Assembly: GCF_009914755.1 (NCBI RefSeq)
Contig: NC_060943.1
Strand: one strand, 5' to 3'
Source: the human T2T-CHM13v2.0 reference genome, Homo sapiens
DNA length: 64,000 nt
Positions 39,891 through 64,000 of this stretch are shown here, piece by piece. Position 1 is the stretch's first letter, and every line of letters starts with the position of its first letter. The position numbers and the translations under genes are program-made. Below the pieces are notes generated by a model. It did not search any database, was not told the origin of the DNA, and saw only the letters and a program-made list of their open reading frames with translations.

Positions 39891-40073
39891 GGAGACTATC
39901 CTGGATCCTGTATTATCCAGGTGGCCTGACATCGTTACAGGATCCTCATGAGTGGAGACAGGAGGGTGAGAGTCAGAGAAAGCCTAGAAGAAGATGGGCT
40001 GCTTTCACAATTTGTCTGCACAAGAGATATGTCTCTTCTCCTTTATTTATTTATTTATTTATTTTTGAGATAG

Positions 40074-40211
<138 letters not shown>

Positions 40212-40622
40212 TAATTTTTATATTTTTAGTAGAGATGGGGTTTCGCCATGTTGGCCAGGCTGGTCTCGAACTCCTGACCTCAGGTGATCTGCCCGCCTCG
40301 GCCTCCAAAGTGCTGGGATTACAGGCGTGAGCCACCGCACCCGGCCCAAAGTCAGGCTTTGAACTCATGTCTGCCCAATGTCCAAGCATCCATCCCCTTA
40401 ATCTCTGAGGCTTGCCCACAGGACAGAGGTTATAACATTCACCCCTGTCAGGATGATGTCGGTTTAATTCTGCCCACCCCCGCCAATGGCATGGATACAG
40501 AAGGGAGCCCACCCTCTCTTCCCATTCCTGCATGATGAAACAGCTTCCACCAGGTAGGAAAATGGGGGGAAGGTAAAAGAGAGAAAGCAAAGATGTTTTC
40601 CATTTTTCTCATTTCCCTGCAG

Positions 40623-40844
40623 CTCCTCCCAACACGCTAAATTTCAACGGAGCGCATCGTAAGAGGAAGACGCTGGTGGCCCCAGAGATCAACATTTCTC
40701 TGGATCAGAGTGAGGGGTCCCTGCTGTCCGATGACTTCTTGGATACCCCTGATGACCTGGATATTAACGTGGATGACATCGAGACCCCCGATGAGACCGA
40801 CTCGCTGGAGTTCCTGGGGAATGGCAACGAACTGGAGTGGGAAG
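40623..40844 (+). CDS. ATCAY: ATCAY exon 4
   Basis: [73 protein letters not shown]: BNIP2-family acidic region with DETD and the W-acidic LEWE(D) motif. 222 nt, AG/GT flanked. Confidence 0.97.
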
Positions 40845-41445
40845 GTAAAGTTCAGGGTCTCTCTGGGGCCTGCTGGAGCCCACCCCCCCCACCCCACCTT
40901 TCCGTCTCTGGATTCCCATAGGCTCAGAGAGTCACAAGTGGGGCAGGGGCTCTAAGCAGTCTAGCCTTAAACCCAGGAGATCAAGACTGCAGTGAGACGT
41001 GATCATGCCACTGCACTCCAGCCTGGACAACAGAGTGAGACCCTGTCTCAAAAATAAAATTTTTAAAAAAGAGAGAGGTGGCTGGGCGCAGTGGCTCATG
41101 CCTGTAATCCTAGCACTTTGGGAGGCCGAGGCGGGCAGATCACGAGGTCAGGAGATCGAGACCATCCTGGCTGACACAGTGAAACCCCGTCTCTACTAAA
41201 ATACAAAAAATTAGCCAGGCATGGTGGCGGGCACCTGAAGTCCCAGCTACTCAGGAGGCTGAGGCAGGAGAACGGTGTGAACCCAGGAGGCCGAGCTTGC
41301 GGTGAGCCAAGATTGTGCCACTGCACTCCAGCCTGGGCGACAGAGCGAGACTCCGTCTCAAAAAAAAAAAAAAAGAGAGAGAGAGGTTGGTGAATGGGTA
41401 CCAACATACAGTTAGACAGAAGGAATAAGTTCTATTGTTCGATAG

Positions 41446-41805
<360 letters not shown>

Positions 41806-42181
41806 TGATGCATATTTTTCTTGTGGGCTTGTGAATTTTTCTGCAGAACGTGGCTTTCATCAGAATCTCAAAGGCGACCAAGATCCCAACAAACTGCCCT
41901 CGATGTATGCAACAAATACTTTTTGACCATTTACTCCAGGGCAAGTCCTGATTCAGGCGTGGGGTATATGGCAGGGCTATGATAAGAAGAGATGGTCCTG
42001 GTCCCTACCTGCACACACAGATCATCAGAAAGACAGACCACGAAAGGCCAGGCGCAGTGACTCACGCCTGTAATCCCAGCACTTTGGGAGGCTGAGGTGG
42101 GCAGATCACCTGAGGTCAGGAGTTTGAGACCAGCCTGGCCAACATGGTGAAGCTCCATCTCTACTAAAAATACAGAAATTA

Positions 42182-42348
<167 letters not shown>

Positions 42349-42922
42349 TTAAGGACAATGTAGTGGCTCATTCCTGTAATCCCAGAGCTTCGGGAGGCCA
42401 GGGTAGGAGGATCGCTTAAGGCCAGGAGTTTGAGACCAGCCTGGGCAACATATTGAAACCCCATCTCTACAAAAATATAAAAATTAGCTGGGTGTGGTGG
42501 TGCACAACTGTAGTCCCAGGTATCTGGGAGGCTGAGGCAGGAGGACTGCTCTCTGTGTGCCAGGCTCCTGGGAGAGTAAAAACCAAGCATGCATGCCCCG
42601 AGTATCCTCGTGGTTTGATGAAGCAGATGCATTCACCAGCTCTGAGAAGCTCCAGGACACAGGTCCTTAACCAACAGAGTGCCCTGGGAGGCCAGCAAAG
42701 GGAATGTCCAGAAAGGCTTCCTGGAGGAGGCGGCATTTGAGCCAGGCCTTGAAAGGGGAGTAGGAGAGGAAAATGGGTCAGCAGGGCAGCCAGGTGGGGA
42801 GAAGCGAAGGACTTGTGGGTCCCGGCAGCGAGGGAGGTGGGAGAGGGGAAGGAAGGCTGAGCAGGAGGGCAGGAGATATCCGGACTCTGGCGTCCATGCG
42901 ACTCTCCGCCACCTGCTTCTAG

Positions 42923-43108
42923 ACGACACCCCCGTGGCCACCGCCAAGAACATGCCCGGGGACAGCGCGGATCTATTTGGGGACGGCACGACGGAGGACG
43001 GCAGCGCCGCCAACGGGCGCCTGTGGCGGACAGTGATCATCGGGGAGCAAGAGCACCGTATAGACCTGCACATGATCCGGCCTTACATGAAAGTGGTCAC
43101 CCACGGAG
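42923..43108 (+). CDS. ATCAY: ATCAY exon 5
   Basis: [13 protein letters not shown]...[30 protein letters not shown]; 186 nt. Confidence 0.97.
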
Positions 43109-43456
43109 GTGAGACCCGCCCCCCGGTGCCCCCTTGGGGCTCCAGCCCGGCCCACTGGGCAACAGGGGGTTCGTCAGTGCCCCTCTCTGATGCACGGGGA
43201 TGTTAAGCCGTCAACTCGCTTCGGGTGGACGGACTGTGGGCAAGGCGTGCATGGTCAGGGAGGCGCACTGGGGGCCCCTGATGGTCGCTGTCACTCCTCA
43301 GCGAAGGCAGAGACTGGCTAAGGGGTCGCCGGCTGCTGTGGCTCGGAGCCATGCCCTCCCGAGCGTGTGGGCACCGGGACGTGGTGGGTGGTGCGCGGGA
43401 GGCAGCTCAGGGCTGGGAGAGGACTCTGACGTTGCCGATCGGCTGCCTCTCCTCAG

Positions 43457-43559
43457 GGTACTACGGCGAAGGCCTCAACGCCATCATCGTCTTCGCAGCC
43501 TGCTTCCTTCCAGACAGCAGCCTCCCCGACTACCACTACATCATGGAGAACCTCTTCCT
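43457..43559 (+). CDS. ATCAY: ATCAY exon 6 (BCH/CRAL-TRIO-like domain)
   Basis: [34 protein letters not shown]; 103 nt. Confidence 0.97.
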
Positions 43560-43756
43560 GTGAGTCCCCGCCCGCGGCGAGCAGCCTCGGGCCAGCTCTG
43601 ATGCCTCCCTGGCCACAGGGGCACCAGGCTGCAAGGATTGCATTGTGGCCCTAGGAAGCCTGCCTGGCACCAGGGAAGGGCGTGGTGGCCACAGACCTTG
43701 ATCTGAGTCCCTGCTGGCCCTGAGGCTCACAGTGGCCTTCCCTCTGGGCCACCCTG

Positions 43757-44913
<1,157 letters not shown>

Positions 44914-44959
44914 GTGAGGTGGGGATGCCTCAGGAAGCACAGTGGGGGCATGAAAATCA

Positions 44960-45401
<442 letters not shown>

Positions 45402-46098
45402 CTATTCCTTCTCCCCAGGCTCCGGCACCCCCCATCCTACTTTCTGTCTCTGTAAATCTGATGACTCTAGGGACCTCCTAGGACTGGAATCACACAGGAT
45501 TTGTCCTTTTGTGTCTGGCTTTCCTCACTGAGTGTGATGTCCTCAGGGTGCATCCACATTGTAGCCTGTGTCAGAGCCTCCTTCCTTTTCATGGCTGCAT
45601 AATATTCCACTGTATGGACATACCACATTTGGTTTGTCCATTCCATTCATCTCTTGATGGACATGGGTTGCTTCCACCCCTGAGTTATTGTAAATAGCCT
45701 CAGAGTGACATTAAAATTGAGCCAGCCAATCCATCCTTGCACCCAGGTTAGTGGAGGGAGGCTCCAAGGACAGGCTGGTCCCTCCTAGGGCATTAGGTGG
45801 TGAAAATACAATCTTGGCTGCTCAAATAACTACCAACCTGGTTCACCTGCTCTGCACCATGGGGTCTCTACCTACCTCATCCACCTGAGGGTCTTAGGGA
45901 CTCAAAGGGTGTGTCTTTATCCCACCATAGGACCCCCATGTCTTGGATGGGGGCAGGGATTTGACAGGTACCTGGAGACCACACGTGGAATGAGCAGAGT
46001 GACGAATGCTTGCTTGTGGCTCTCCCGTCCCACCCAGCTCCTCCCTCCCCAGGGCTCGCCCCAGGAGCCCATCTTGCTTCCTTTGCGGCCCCACACAG

Positions 46099-46185
46099 GT
46101 TGCGGAAAAACCTGAAGTCCTTGATCATCGTCCACCCCTCGTGGTTCATTCGGACTGTGCTGGCCATCTCTCGCCCTTTCATCAG
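46099..46185 (+). CDS. ATCAY: ATCAY exon 8
   Basis: [28 protein letters not shown] (BCH signature); 87 nt. Confidence 0.97.
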
Positions 46186-46224
46186 GTGAGACGGGGAGGC
46201 TGCAACCCAAGTCCAGTGGCCTCA

Positions 46225-46335
46225 GTGTGCGTGTGTGCGTGTGTGTATGCATGCATTTGTGTGTGCATGTGTGCACGTGTGTGCGTGTGTGCATCTGTGT
46301 GTGTGTGCATCCATGTGTGTGTTTGATGTGCATGT
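46225..46335 (+). repeat. Imperfect (TG/CG)n microsatellite after exon 8
   Basis: Direct reading. Confidence 0.9.
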
Positions 46336-46713
46336 TCCAGCTTCTCTATGATGAATACATATTATTGCTTTAAACAGTTTTAAATTGCACACAGCCAGGC
46401 ACAGTGGCTGACACCTGTAATCCCAGCTACTCAGAAGGCTGAGGTGGGAGGATCGTTTGAGGCCAGCCTGAGCAACATAGCAAAACCCCCATCTCTACAA
46501 AAAATACAAAAATTAGCAGGACGTGGTGGTGCACACCTGTAGTTTCAGCTACTTGGGAGGCTCACGTGGGAGGATGGCTTGAGCCCAGGAGATCAAGGCT
46601 GCAATGAGCCGTGATCGAGCCACTGTACTCCAGCCTGGATGACAGAGTGAGACCCTGTCTCAAAAGAAAATCAGTCATGCATGGCATCACATGCCTGTAG
46701 TCCCAGCTACTCA

Positions 46714-46821
<108 letters not shown>

Positions 46822-47390
46822 CTAAAAATAAAATATATATATATGTATGTATAAATAAATAAATAATATGACTAATAAATTTAAAATTTAAAACTACATA
46901 TATTCTATAATGTATATCATATATAGTTACTATATTAAACATATAGTAAAACAGATCAAGTGAAATAAAATTAGGCATGTTAAATGCCCTATTCAATCCA
47001 ATAAAATGTCATGCAAATTTAATTTAATCTAATGCAAAACATTGAATTGAATAAAGATTCCTAATGTTCACGTTCCCAGTTACAAATCTGGGATGAGCGA
47101 AAGAGACGAGGGCTTCACTTTCCCTTGAACAACAGGACACATTCACAGCAGGCCCGATTTTCAAGGAAGACTCTTTAAACATGCTGTTTTCAAGGACTGC
47201 TAAGTACCCTGAAGGGGCTTATTTGCATATTAGCGAAATGAGATGAGGAATACACTAATTATGGATCATTTTAGCTAATAATGAATCAACAGGCAAAACG
47301 GTAAACACGCATTTCAGTCTAAGATAATTGCATTTGCTCCTCTATATTCCAGAATTCAGTAACATAGACTACCTTTGCCTTTAATGTAGA

Positions 47391-47472
47391 TATTAGGATG
47401 GTGCAAAAATAATTGAGGTTCTTGCCATATTTTCATTACAAAAACTGCAATCACTCTTGCACGAACCCAATA
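47391..47472. mobile_element. MADE1 mariner MITE with TA duplication
   Basis: ta-ttaggatggtgcaaaaataattgaggtt...aactgcaatcactcttgcacgaacccaa-ta; ~80 bp imperfect palindrome. Confidence 0.85.
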
Positions 47473-47583
47473 ATTCTGTCACTCTTCACCGGTCGCCATG
47501 GCTCACACCTGTAATCCCAACACTTTGGAAGGTCGAGATGAGAGGATCGCTTGAGCCCGGGAGTTCGAGACCAGCCTGGGTGA

Positions 47584-48009
<426 letters not shown>

Positions 48010-48246
48010 CTACAAAAAAAAATTTTTTTTAATTAGCCAGGCCTGGTGGCGCGCACCTGTGATCCCAGCTACTCAGAGGCTGAGGGAGGAGGATCACTTG
48101 AGCCCAGGAGGTCGAGGCTGTAGTGAGCCATGATTACACCACTGCACTCCAGCCTGGGTGACAGAGTGAGACTCTGTCTCTTAAAAAAAAAATACCATGA
48201 AGTGCTGGTGATGAAACACCACATGGTATCAGATGGCCAGAATTCA

Positions 48247-48702
<456 letters not shown>

Positions 48703-49053
48703 TTAACACAGAGGAGCAACTTTTAGAGATGATGGGAAAACAGCCTGTAGAGTCTAAGACAATCTCCCCACCTCCTGACTTCCTTCCAACAAGATCCTCA
48801 TTGCAGGGACCCATGTCAGGTGCATGGCCCTGCTTGCAAGGGCCTCGGCGCAGACCCGGGGTCTCCACTCCATGCATGGGGTGCAAGATAATTAAGGCTG
48901 TCATCGGGCGGGAGGGAGGTGTCGTCGTCTGCACTGGGGCATCCTGGAGTGGGGTCCTGTGGGGATCCCTGTCGCCATGGCTCTGTCTGGACCTAGGTAA
49001 CCCCCACCCCATGGGTTGCATTTCAGACCTCTCCCTCCTTCTCCCCCCGCCAG

Positions 49054-49152
49054 CGTCAAGTTCATCAACAAGATCCAGTACGTGCACAGCTTGGAAGACC
49101 TGGAGCAACTCATCCCTATGGAACACGTCCAGATCCCAGACTGCGTCCTGCA
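49054..49152 (+). CDS. ATCAY: ATCAY exon 9
   Basis: [32 protein letters not shown]; 99 nt; donor gtgagt. Confidence 0.97.
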
Positions 49153-49178
49153 GTGAGTGGCCCCACAGTCCACCCCGC

Positions 49179-50165
<987 letters not shown>

Positions 50166-50462
50166 CCCCCAACACCCCCCCACCGGGTCCCCCTGGCTAC
50201 CAGGAGCCAGCAATGAGGGGAAACGCAGACTTGGAAGGGAGGAACTAGAACCCACCCATTTTATTTCCTGGAGCCCCTCAGGGACCCCCCGGAGCTTGGG
50301 GAAGGGATGGGCAGCTTCAAGTCCTGTTGTTTTTCACTGAATGTCATATCATCGGCACCTCCCCTAGGTTCATGCTGCAAAAATCTCCTTAAACGTACAT
50401 TTTTTTATTGTGGTAAAATACACGTAACATAGAACTTCCCATCTTAGCCATTCCTTTTTTAA

Positions 50463-51009
<547 letters not shown>

Positions 51010-51012
51010 TAA

Positions 51013-51420
<408 letters not shown>

Positions 51421-51692
51421 TAGGAATGGATCCACACAGGATTTGTCCTTTTGTGTCTGACGTCTCTCACTGAGCGTGACATCCTCAAGGTGCATCCACA
51501 TTGTAGCCTGTGTCAGAATGTCCTTCCTTTTCATGGCTGAATAATATTCCATTGCGTGAATGGACCACATTTTGTCAATCCATTTGTCCATCAATGGACA
51601 ATTGGGTTGTTTCCACCTTTTGGCTCTTGTGAATAGTCATGTTATTTATATGCTACTCACCTATGACCGTAGATGTACAAATATCTCTGTAA

Positions 51693-52376
<684 letters not shown>

Positions 52377-52716
52377 TAGGCGTGAGCCACCGTGCTCAGC
52401 CAACACATAAACATTTATAATCAAAAATGCATCTATGGGCCAGGTGTGGTGGCTCATGCCTGTAATCCCAGCACTTTGGGAGGCTGAGGCCAGAGGATCG
52501 CTTGAGCCCAGGAGTTGGAGGCTACAAGTGAGTTCATGCCACTGCACTCCAGTCTGGGCTATGACAGAATGAGAACCTGTCTAAAAAAAAGAGAAGAGGC
52601 CGGGCGCGGTGGTTCGCGCCTGTAATCCCAGCACTTTGGGAGGCCGAGGTGGGTGGATCATGAGGTCAGGAGTTTGAGACCAGCCAGGCCAACATAGGGA
52701 AACCCCGTCTGTACTA

Positions 52717-52989
<273 letters not shown>

Positions 52990-53035
52990 TCAGGGGAAAG
53001 GAAGGTTGTGTCTGACATCTTTTTCTTTCTTTCAG

Positions 53036-53071
53036 ATACGAAGAGGAAAGACTGAAGGCCAGGAGGGAGAG
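53036..53071 (+). CDS. ATCAY: ATCAY exon 10 (36 nt)
   Basis: Strong pyrimidine tract; [11 protein letters not shown]; donor gtgtgt. Confidence 0.93.
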
Positions 53072-53401
53072 GTGTGTGCAGAGTGGTTTCTGCTGGGGCT
53101 GGGTCGGGGCAGCGGGGGGCTGAGCTGAACTCTCAGTTAGGGCAACCCGGTGACTTCTGGGCAGCAGGGACCATTGTCCTGTGCAGGGCTCAAGACGCTG
53201 CCCTTCTGGCAAGGACTTTAAACTCAGACCTGGGTTCAAATACTGGCTCCCGCATTGAGCTGCAAGGTAACATTAAGCAAATAAAAAGCTAACAACCACC
53301 TTGGAGGTTATTGTGCAAGATGAGGCACCCTTGGCAAAAAAGGTTGAGCACAGACTTCACGCTCCATAAAGCATAAAAGTCAAGACGGGCGCGGTGGCTC
53401 A

Positions 53402-53728
<327 letters not shown>

Positions 53729-53731
53729 TCA

Positions 53732-53875
<144 letters not shown>

Positions 53876-54099
53876 TTATCATGCCAGGTCCAATGCCAGC
53901 TTTGAGGGAAACAGAGGCAAATAAGACAGAGTCTTGGTCCCAGAAGTTTTCTCAAATAGCAAAGGCAGGGAACATCTCACTGGTTTGGAAAACAGGTCCC
54001 AGGGGACAGGAAAACCAGAGAGGCCAGTACTAGCTGAGAGCCCACCCCTTGGCCTGGCTGGGCTAGTCACCCTTGTCACCTCGTTCTCTCTGTCCACAG

Positions 54100-54171
54100 C
54101 GCGAGGCCCCAGCCGGAGTTTGTGCTGCCCAGGTCTGAAGAGAAGCCAGAGGTGGCACCAGTGGAAAACAG
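54100..54171 (+). CDS. ATCAY: ATCAY exon 11
   Basis: [23 protein letters not shown]; 72 nt. Confidence 0.93.
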
Positions 54172-54267
54172 GTAGGTGTGCAGGGGACCATGGGCAGAGA
54201 GCTGACAGTCACGGGAGGCTGCCTACTCCCTTGGGGGAGGCTAGAGAGGAAGATGGGTCCTTGTTCA

Positions 54268-54600
<333 letters not shown>

Positions 54601-54668
54601 TTATCGGCCGGGTGTGGTGGCTCACGCCTGTAATCCCAGTAGTTTGGGAGGCTGAGGTGGGCCGATCA

Positions 54669-54986
<318 letters not shown>

Positions 54987-55519
54987 TCAAGGCTACAGCA
55001 AGCTATGACTGCACTCCAGCCTGGGCAACAGAGCAAGACCCTGTCTCAAAAAAAAAAAAAAAGTTATCATGATGTTCTCATATTATCGCAATCTCAATGT
55101 TATCATAATGATGAAAGGTGACCTTTGTCCAGGTCCCAGCAGGTAGATTCAGACTCCCCCAATCCAGTAGACCCTGAGCAACATTATTGGCTTCATTTTA
55201 TGTTAGTGAAGGGCCTTGGCCAATTTCCTCAAAACTGTCTGTTTGGGCTCATTTGTTACGCAGCAGATGCACGCTGACATCTGTTTTGTACCAGATACAG
55301 CAGTGTCGGTCCTCATAGGGCTTACAGCCTCCACGAACAGGTAGAAAATGCCCAAGAATGGGCACTGTGGCTCACGCCTGTAATCCCAGCACTTTCGGAG
55401 GCCAAAGCAGGAGGACCATTTGAGGTCAGGAGTTCGAGACCAACTTGGGCAACATATTGAGACTCCATCTCTACAAAAAGTTTAAAAGTTAGCCAGGCAT
55501 GATGGTGTATACCTTGTAG

Positions 55520-55967
<448 letters not shown>

Positions 55968-56059
55968 TAAAAATAAAATAAGTTAAAGAAAAAAAAGGGA
56001 AAATGCCCAGGCTCCCAAAAATAAGCAAATAACGCCCAGTCTCCGTCTCTCCTCCACAG

Positions 56060-56092
56060 GTCTGCTCTGGTCTCAGAAGATCAGGAAACAAG
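56060..56092 (+). CDS. ATCAY: ATCAY exon 12 (33 nt)
   Basis: cacag| [10 protein letters not shown] |gtgggt. Confidence 0.9.
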
Positions 56093-56759
56093 GTGGGTGT
56101 GATGCAGAGTGGTCTTCGTGCTGTTTTCAAAATGTCCTTCATGGACCTGTATTAGTCAGGGTTCTCTAGAAGGACAGAAAATCAAACCAGCTGCCAGCAA
56201 ATATAAAGCAGGCAGGGATCCTAATCCCAGGAAAACTGCCCCATGACTTATCGGGAGTGGGGGATACGGCACCGGGAAGGCAGGGAGGTAGTGGTTCCCT
56301 TAACCAGTCAGGCCGTCCTTGCACAACTCCAGGGGGGCACCATTACCTAGACCAGGATGCAAATGAGGCCCCAGAGTTATGCAGTGGAGCGGCCCTCAGG
56401 GAAAAACCCACACAGAGCCAAGCTCCCTGAAGCCCAGGATATGATACCACAAAAGGGTAGACTGTCCACGCTCTGCCTCCGATTCTCCACCTGGTTCTGG
56501 ATGCCAAGAAAAGCCTCCCTGTGGCCGGGCGCAGCGTCTCACGCCTGTAATCCCAGCACTTTGGGAGGCCGAGGCAGGCGGATCATTTGAGGTCAGGAGT
56601 TCAAGACCAGCCTGGGCAACATGGCAAGACCCCGTCCCTAAAAAAAATACAAAAATTAGCCAGGTGAGCCAAGATCGTACCACTGCACTCCACAGCCTGG
56701 GCAATAGGGCTAGACTTTGTCTCAAAAAAAGAAAAAAAAAAGGAAAGAAAAGAAAAGCC

Positions 56760-58275
<1,516 letters not shown>

Positions 58276-58698
58276 TGATCCACCCGCTTCGGCCTCCCAA
58301 AGTGCTGAGATTACAGGCGTGAGCCACCATGCCCAGCTGACCACACAGTTTTATACAAATCTATAAGATGGCCTGGCCACATGCCTTACTACCCATGTGA
58401 CCCAGGAAGCTCCAAGCTAAGAAATAAACATCAAAAATGGCCTTAGACCAGTGCTGCTTAAGGGGCACTGAGTAAAAGTTCTCAATGTATTTCTGAAAAG
58501 ACCACCTCAACCCAAGCTCTCTGGAGATGAGTTCACATATACAGACAGAAAACACAAGGAAATCATCCACCATGAGCAAAAGACAGCAGAGACAACAAAC
58601 AGCAGAATTAGATCTTGCCTGGAGATCCTTAGGTGGATAAGATATAATAAGCATGTTTTAACAATTAAAAACACAAAAGAAGGAATTGTAAGAAGCAA

Positions 58699-59605
58699 TA
58701 GATGAATGGATGAATGGATAGGTGGATAAATGGATGGATGGATGGATGAGTGGATGGATGGAAGGATGTTTGGATGATGGGTGGATAGATAGATGAATGA
58801 ATGAGTGGAGGGATGGGAGGATAGATGGATGATAGGTGGATGGATGGATGGATAAATGGATGGATGGATGGATGGGTGAAGGTTGACTGTGTGGATGGAT
58901 GAGTGGATGAATGGATGGGTGGAGGGATGGAAAGATGGACTGATGGAGAGATGGATGGGTAGGCATATGGATGGGTAAATGGTAGATGAATGGTTGGTTG
59001 GATGAATGGTTGGGTAGATGAATGGGTGGGTGGATGGATGGATGGGTAGATGGATGGGTGAGTGGGTGGGTGGGTGGATGAGTGAGTGACTGGATGGGTG
59101 GGCAGATGGATGAATGGATGGGTGGGTGGGTGGATGGATGGATGGATGGATGGATAGATAGGTGGATGGATGGGTGCATGGATGGGTGGATGGCTAGATG
59201 TGTGGGTGGTTGTATGGTTGGTTGGATGCATGGATGGATGGCTAGATGGATGAGTGGGTGGGTGGATGGATGGATGGATGGATGGATGGATGGACAGATG
59301 GATGAGTGGGTGGATGGATGGGTGGGCAGATGGATCAATGGATAGGTGGGTGGATGGATGGATGGATGGTTGAATAGATGGATGAGTGGAGGGATGGATG
59401 GATGAATGGATGGATGTGTGGGTGGGTGGATGGGTGGATGGACGGATGAGTGAGTGGCTGGATGGGTGGGCAGAGGGATGAATGGATCCCTCCATTGAGT
59501 GAATGGATGGGTGAGTGAGTGTGTGGATGGATGGATGGATGGATGGATGGATGGATGGATGGGTGGATGGATAGATGTGTGGGTGGTTGTATGGTTGGTT
59601 AGTTG
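58699..59605. repeat. ~900 bp degenerate (GGAT/GGGT)n simple repeat in the last intron
   Basis: Direct reading. Explains the PSIH-rich ORFs in the track. Confidence 0.97.
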
Positions 59606-59872
59606 GGGGGTGGGTTGAAGCCTCCCTCCAGGCTGATTGAGGTTGCCAGTCTCCAGGGCCTGTTCTGCTGAGGCACCAGGAAGGAGGCCCTCAGAGCCAC
59701 ACTTAGAAAGTGGGTGGCAGGAGCCGGGCCCTGAAGGGCATGTGCCACTCTTGCTGCTGGGAGTTCACCCACGCTGGGTGGGATCATTGTTTTGGATTAC
59801 ATACATGTAGAAGCGCATTTTGCACTTTTAACATTAACAGCAATAACTTGGCCTGTGTCTTTCCCTCCCTAG

Positions 59873-59882
59873 CATGTCCTGA
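59873..59882 (+). CDS. ATCAY: ATCAY exon 13 coding part (S-M-S-stop)
   Basis: ccctag|C ATG TCC TGA. Summed coding exons give 1116 nt, i.e. 371 aa plus stop. Confidence 0.92.
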
Positions 59883-63349
<3,467 letters not shown>

Positions 63350-63371
<22 letters not shown>

Positions 63372-63395
63372 AGGGAGGTTTGTTCCTTTTGAGTA
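63350..63395 (+). terminator. ATCAY: ATCAY polyadenylation signal
   Basis: AATAAA at 63350-63355, upstream ttttatgt, downstream ggtttgttcctttt. Confidence 0.85.
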
Positions 63396-64000
63396 CTAGT
63401 AACAGGCAGGGCCCAGTGGCTCACCCCTGCCATCCCAGCACTTTGGGATGCGGAGGCGGGAGGATCACCTGAGGTCAGGAGTTCCAGACCAACCTGGCCA
63501 ACATGGTGAAACCCCGTCTCTACTAAAAATACAAAAATTAGCCGGGCGTGGTGGCACACGCCTGTAATCCCAGCTACTCAGGAGGCTGAGGCAGGAGAAT
63601 CACTTGAACCCGGGAGGCAGAGGCTGCAGTGAGCCACGATCACGCCTGCCAGTTCTCTCCATCCACCCAGTGGGGACACTGTGCGGTGGCCATGTCATAC
63701 CCACCTTGATGTCTCTGTCACCAGCAGGTCCCAAAGTCATGCTACTGTGCTCCAGTTGTGTTTATGCCGGCAGGTGCCCTTTAGGGGAAAAGGTGGGGTC
63801 TTCGTGGGTGGATGGAGGGGACAAAGAGGGTGGAGCTGGTGCTGGGATCCTGGGGAGCCGCTCCCAGTTTGGAGGTGACAGCCCCCTCCTTTATCCTACT
63901 GCACGGGGTCTCTGATTACCCTGAGAGGTTTCTTGAAAACCCCATTCACGGCCAGGCACGGTGGCTCACGCCTGTAATCCCAACACTTTGGAAGGCCGAG

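Noticed and set aside
56326-56342. CTCF-like ctccaggggggcacc
   Set aside because: One G too many for the core spacing; the similar G-run match at 2326-2339 is also low-information.
58658-59495. 226-aa and 276-aa PSIH-repeat ORFs
   Set aside because: Translation of the (TCCA)n simple repeat.
63400-64000. Possible start of the next gene (NMRK2 expected downstream, from memory)
   Set aside because: No recognisable exon or CpG island within the window.

Overview
Human (primate) Alu-saturated genomic DNA, recognisable as 19p13.3. The first coding exon and CpG promoter of ZFR2 lie on the minus strand (~4.2 kb), flanked on both sides by degenerate ~83-85 bp tandem arrays. An Alu-interrupted ferritin light chain processed pseudogene (~6.0-7.4 kb) still carries a mutated iron-responsive element. 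The complete 13-exon neuronal gene ATCAY (caytaxin/BNIP-H) is on the plus strand: non-coding exon 1 ends at 16198, the CDS runs 20960-59882 (1116 nt spliced, 371 aa), and the poly(A) signal is at 63350. Most ORFs in the supplied track are Alu or simple-repeat artefacts. I found no convincing new gene or multi-gene system. The best unexplained signals are: (1) a CpG-decayed ~340 bp copy of the ATCAY core promoter/exon 1 located 2.9 kb upstream, with templated-looking junctions and a nearby REST/RE1 site; (2) three tandem uORFs in ATCAY exon 1; (3) several local duplication or gene-conversion footprints involving Alus. Repeat family names are recalled from consensus sequences by eye, and only a few of the many Alus are listed individually.
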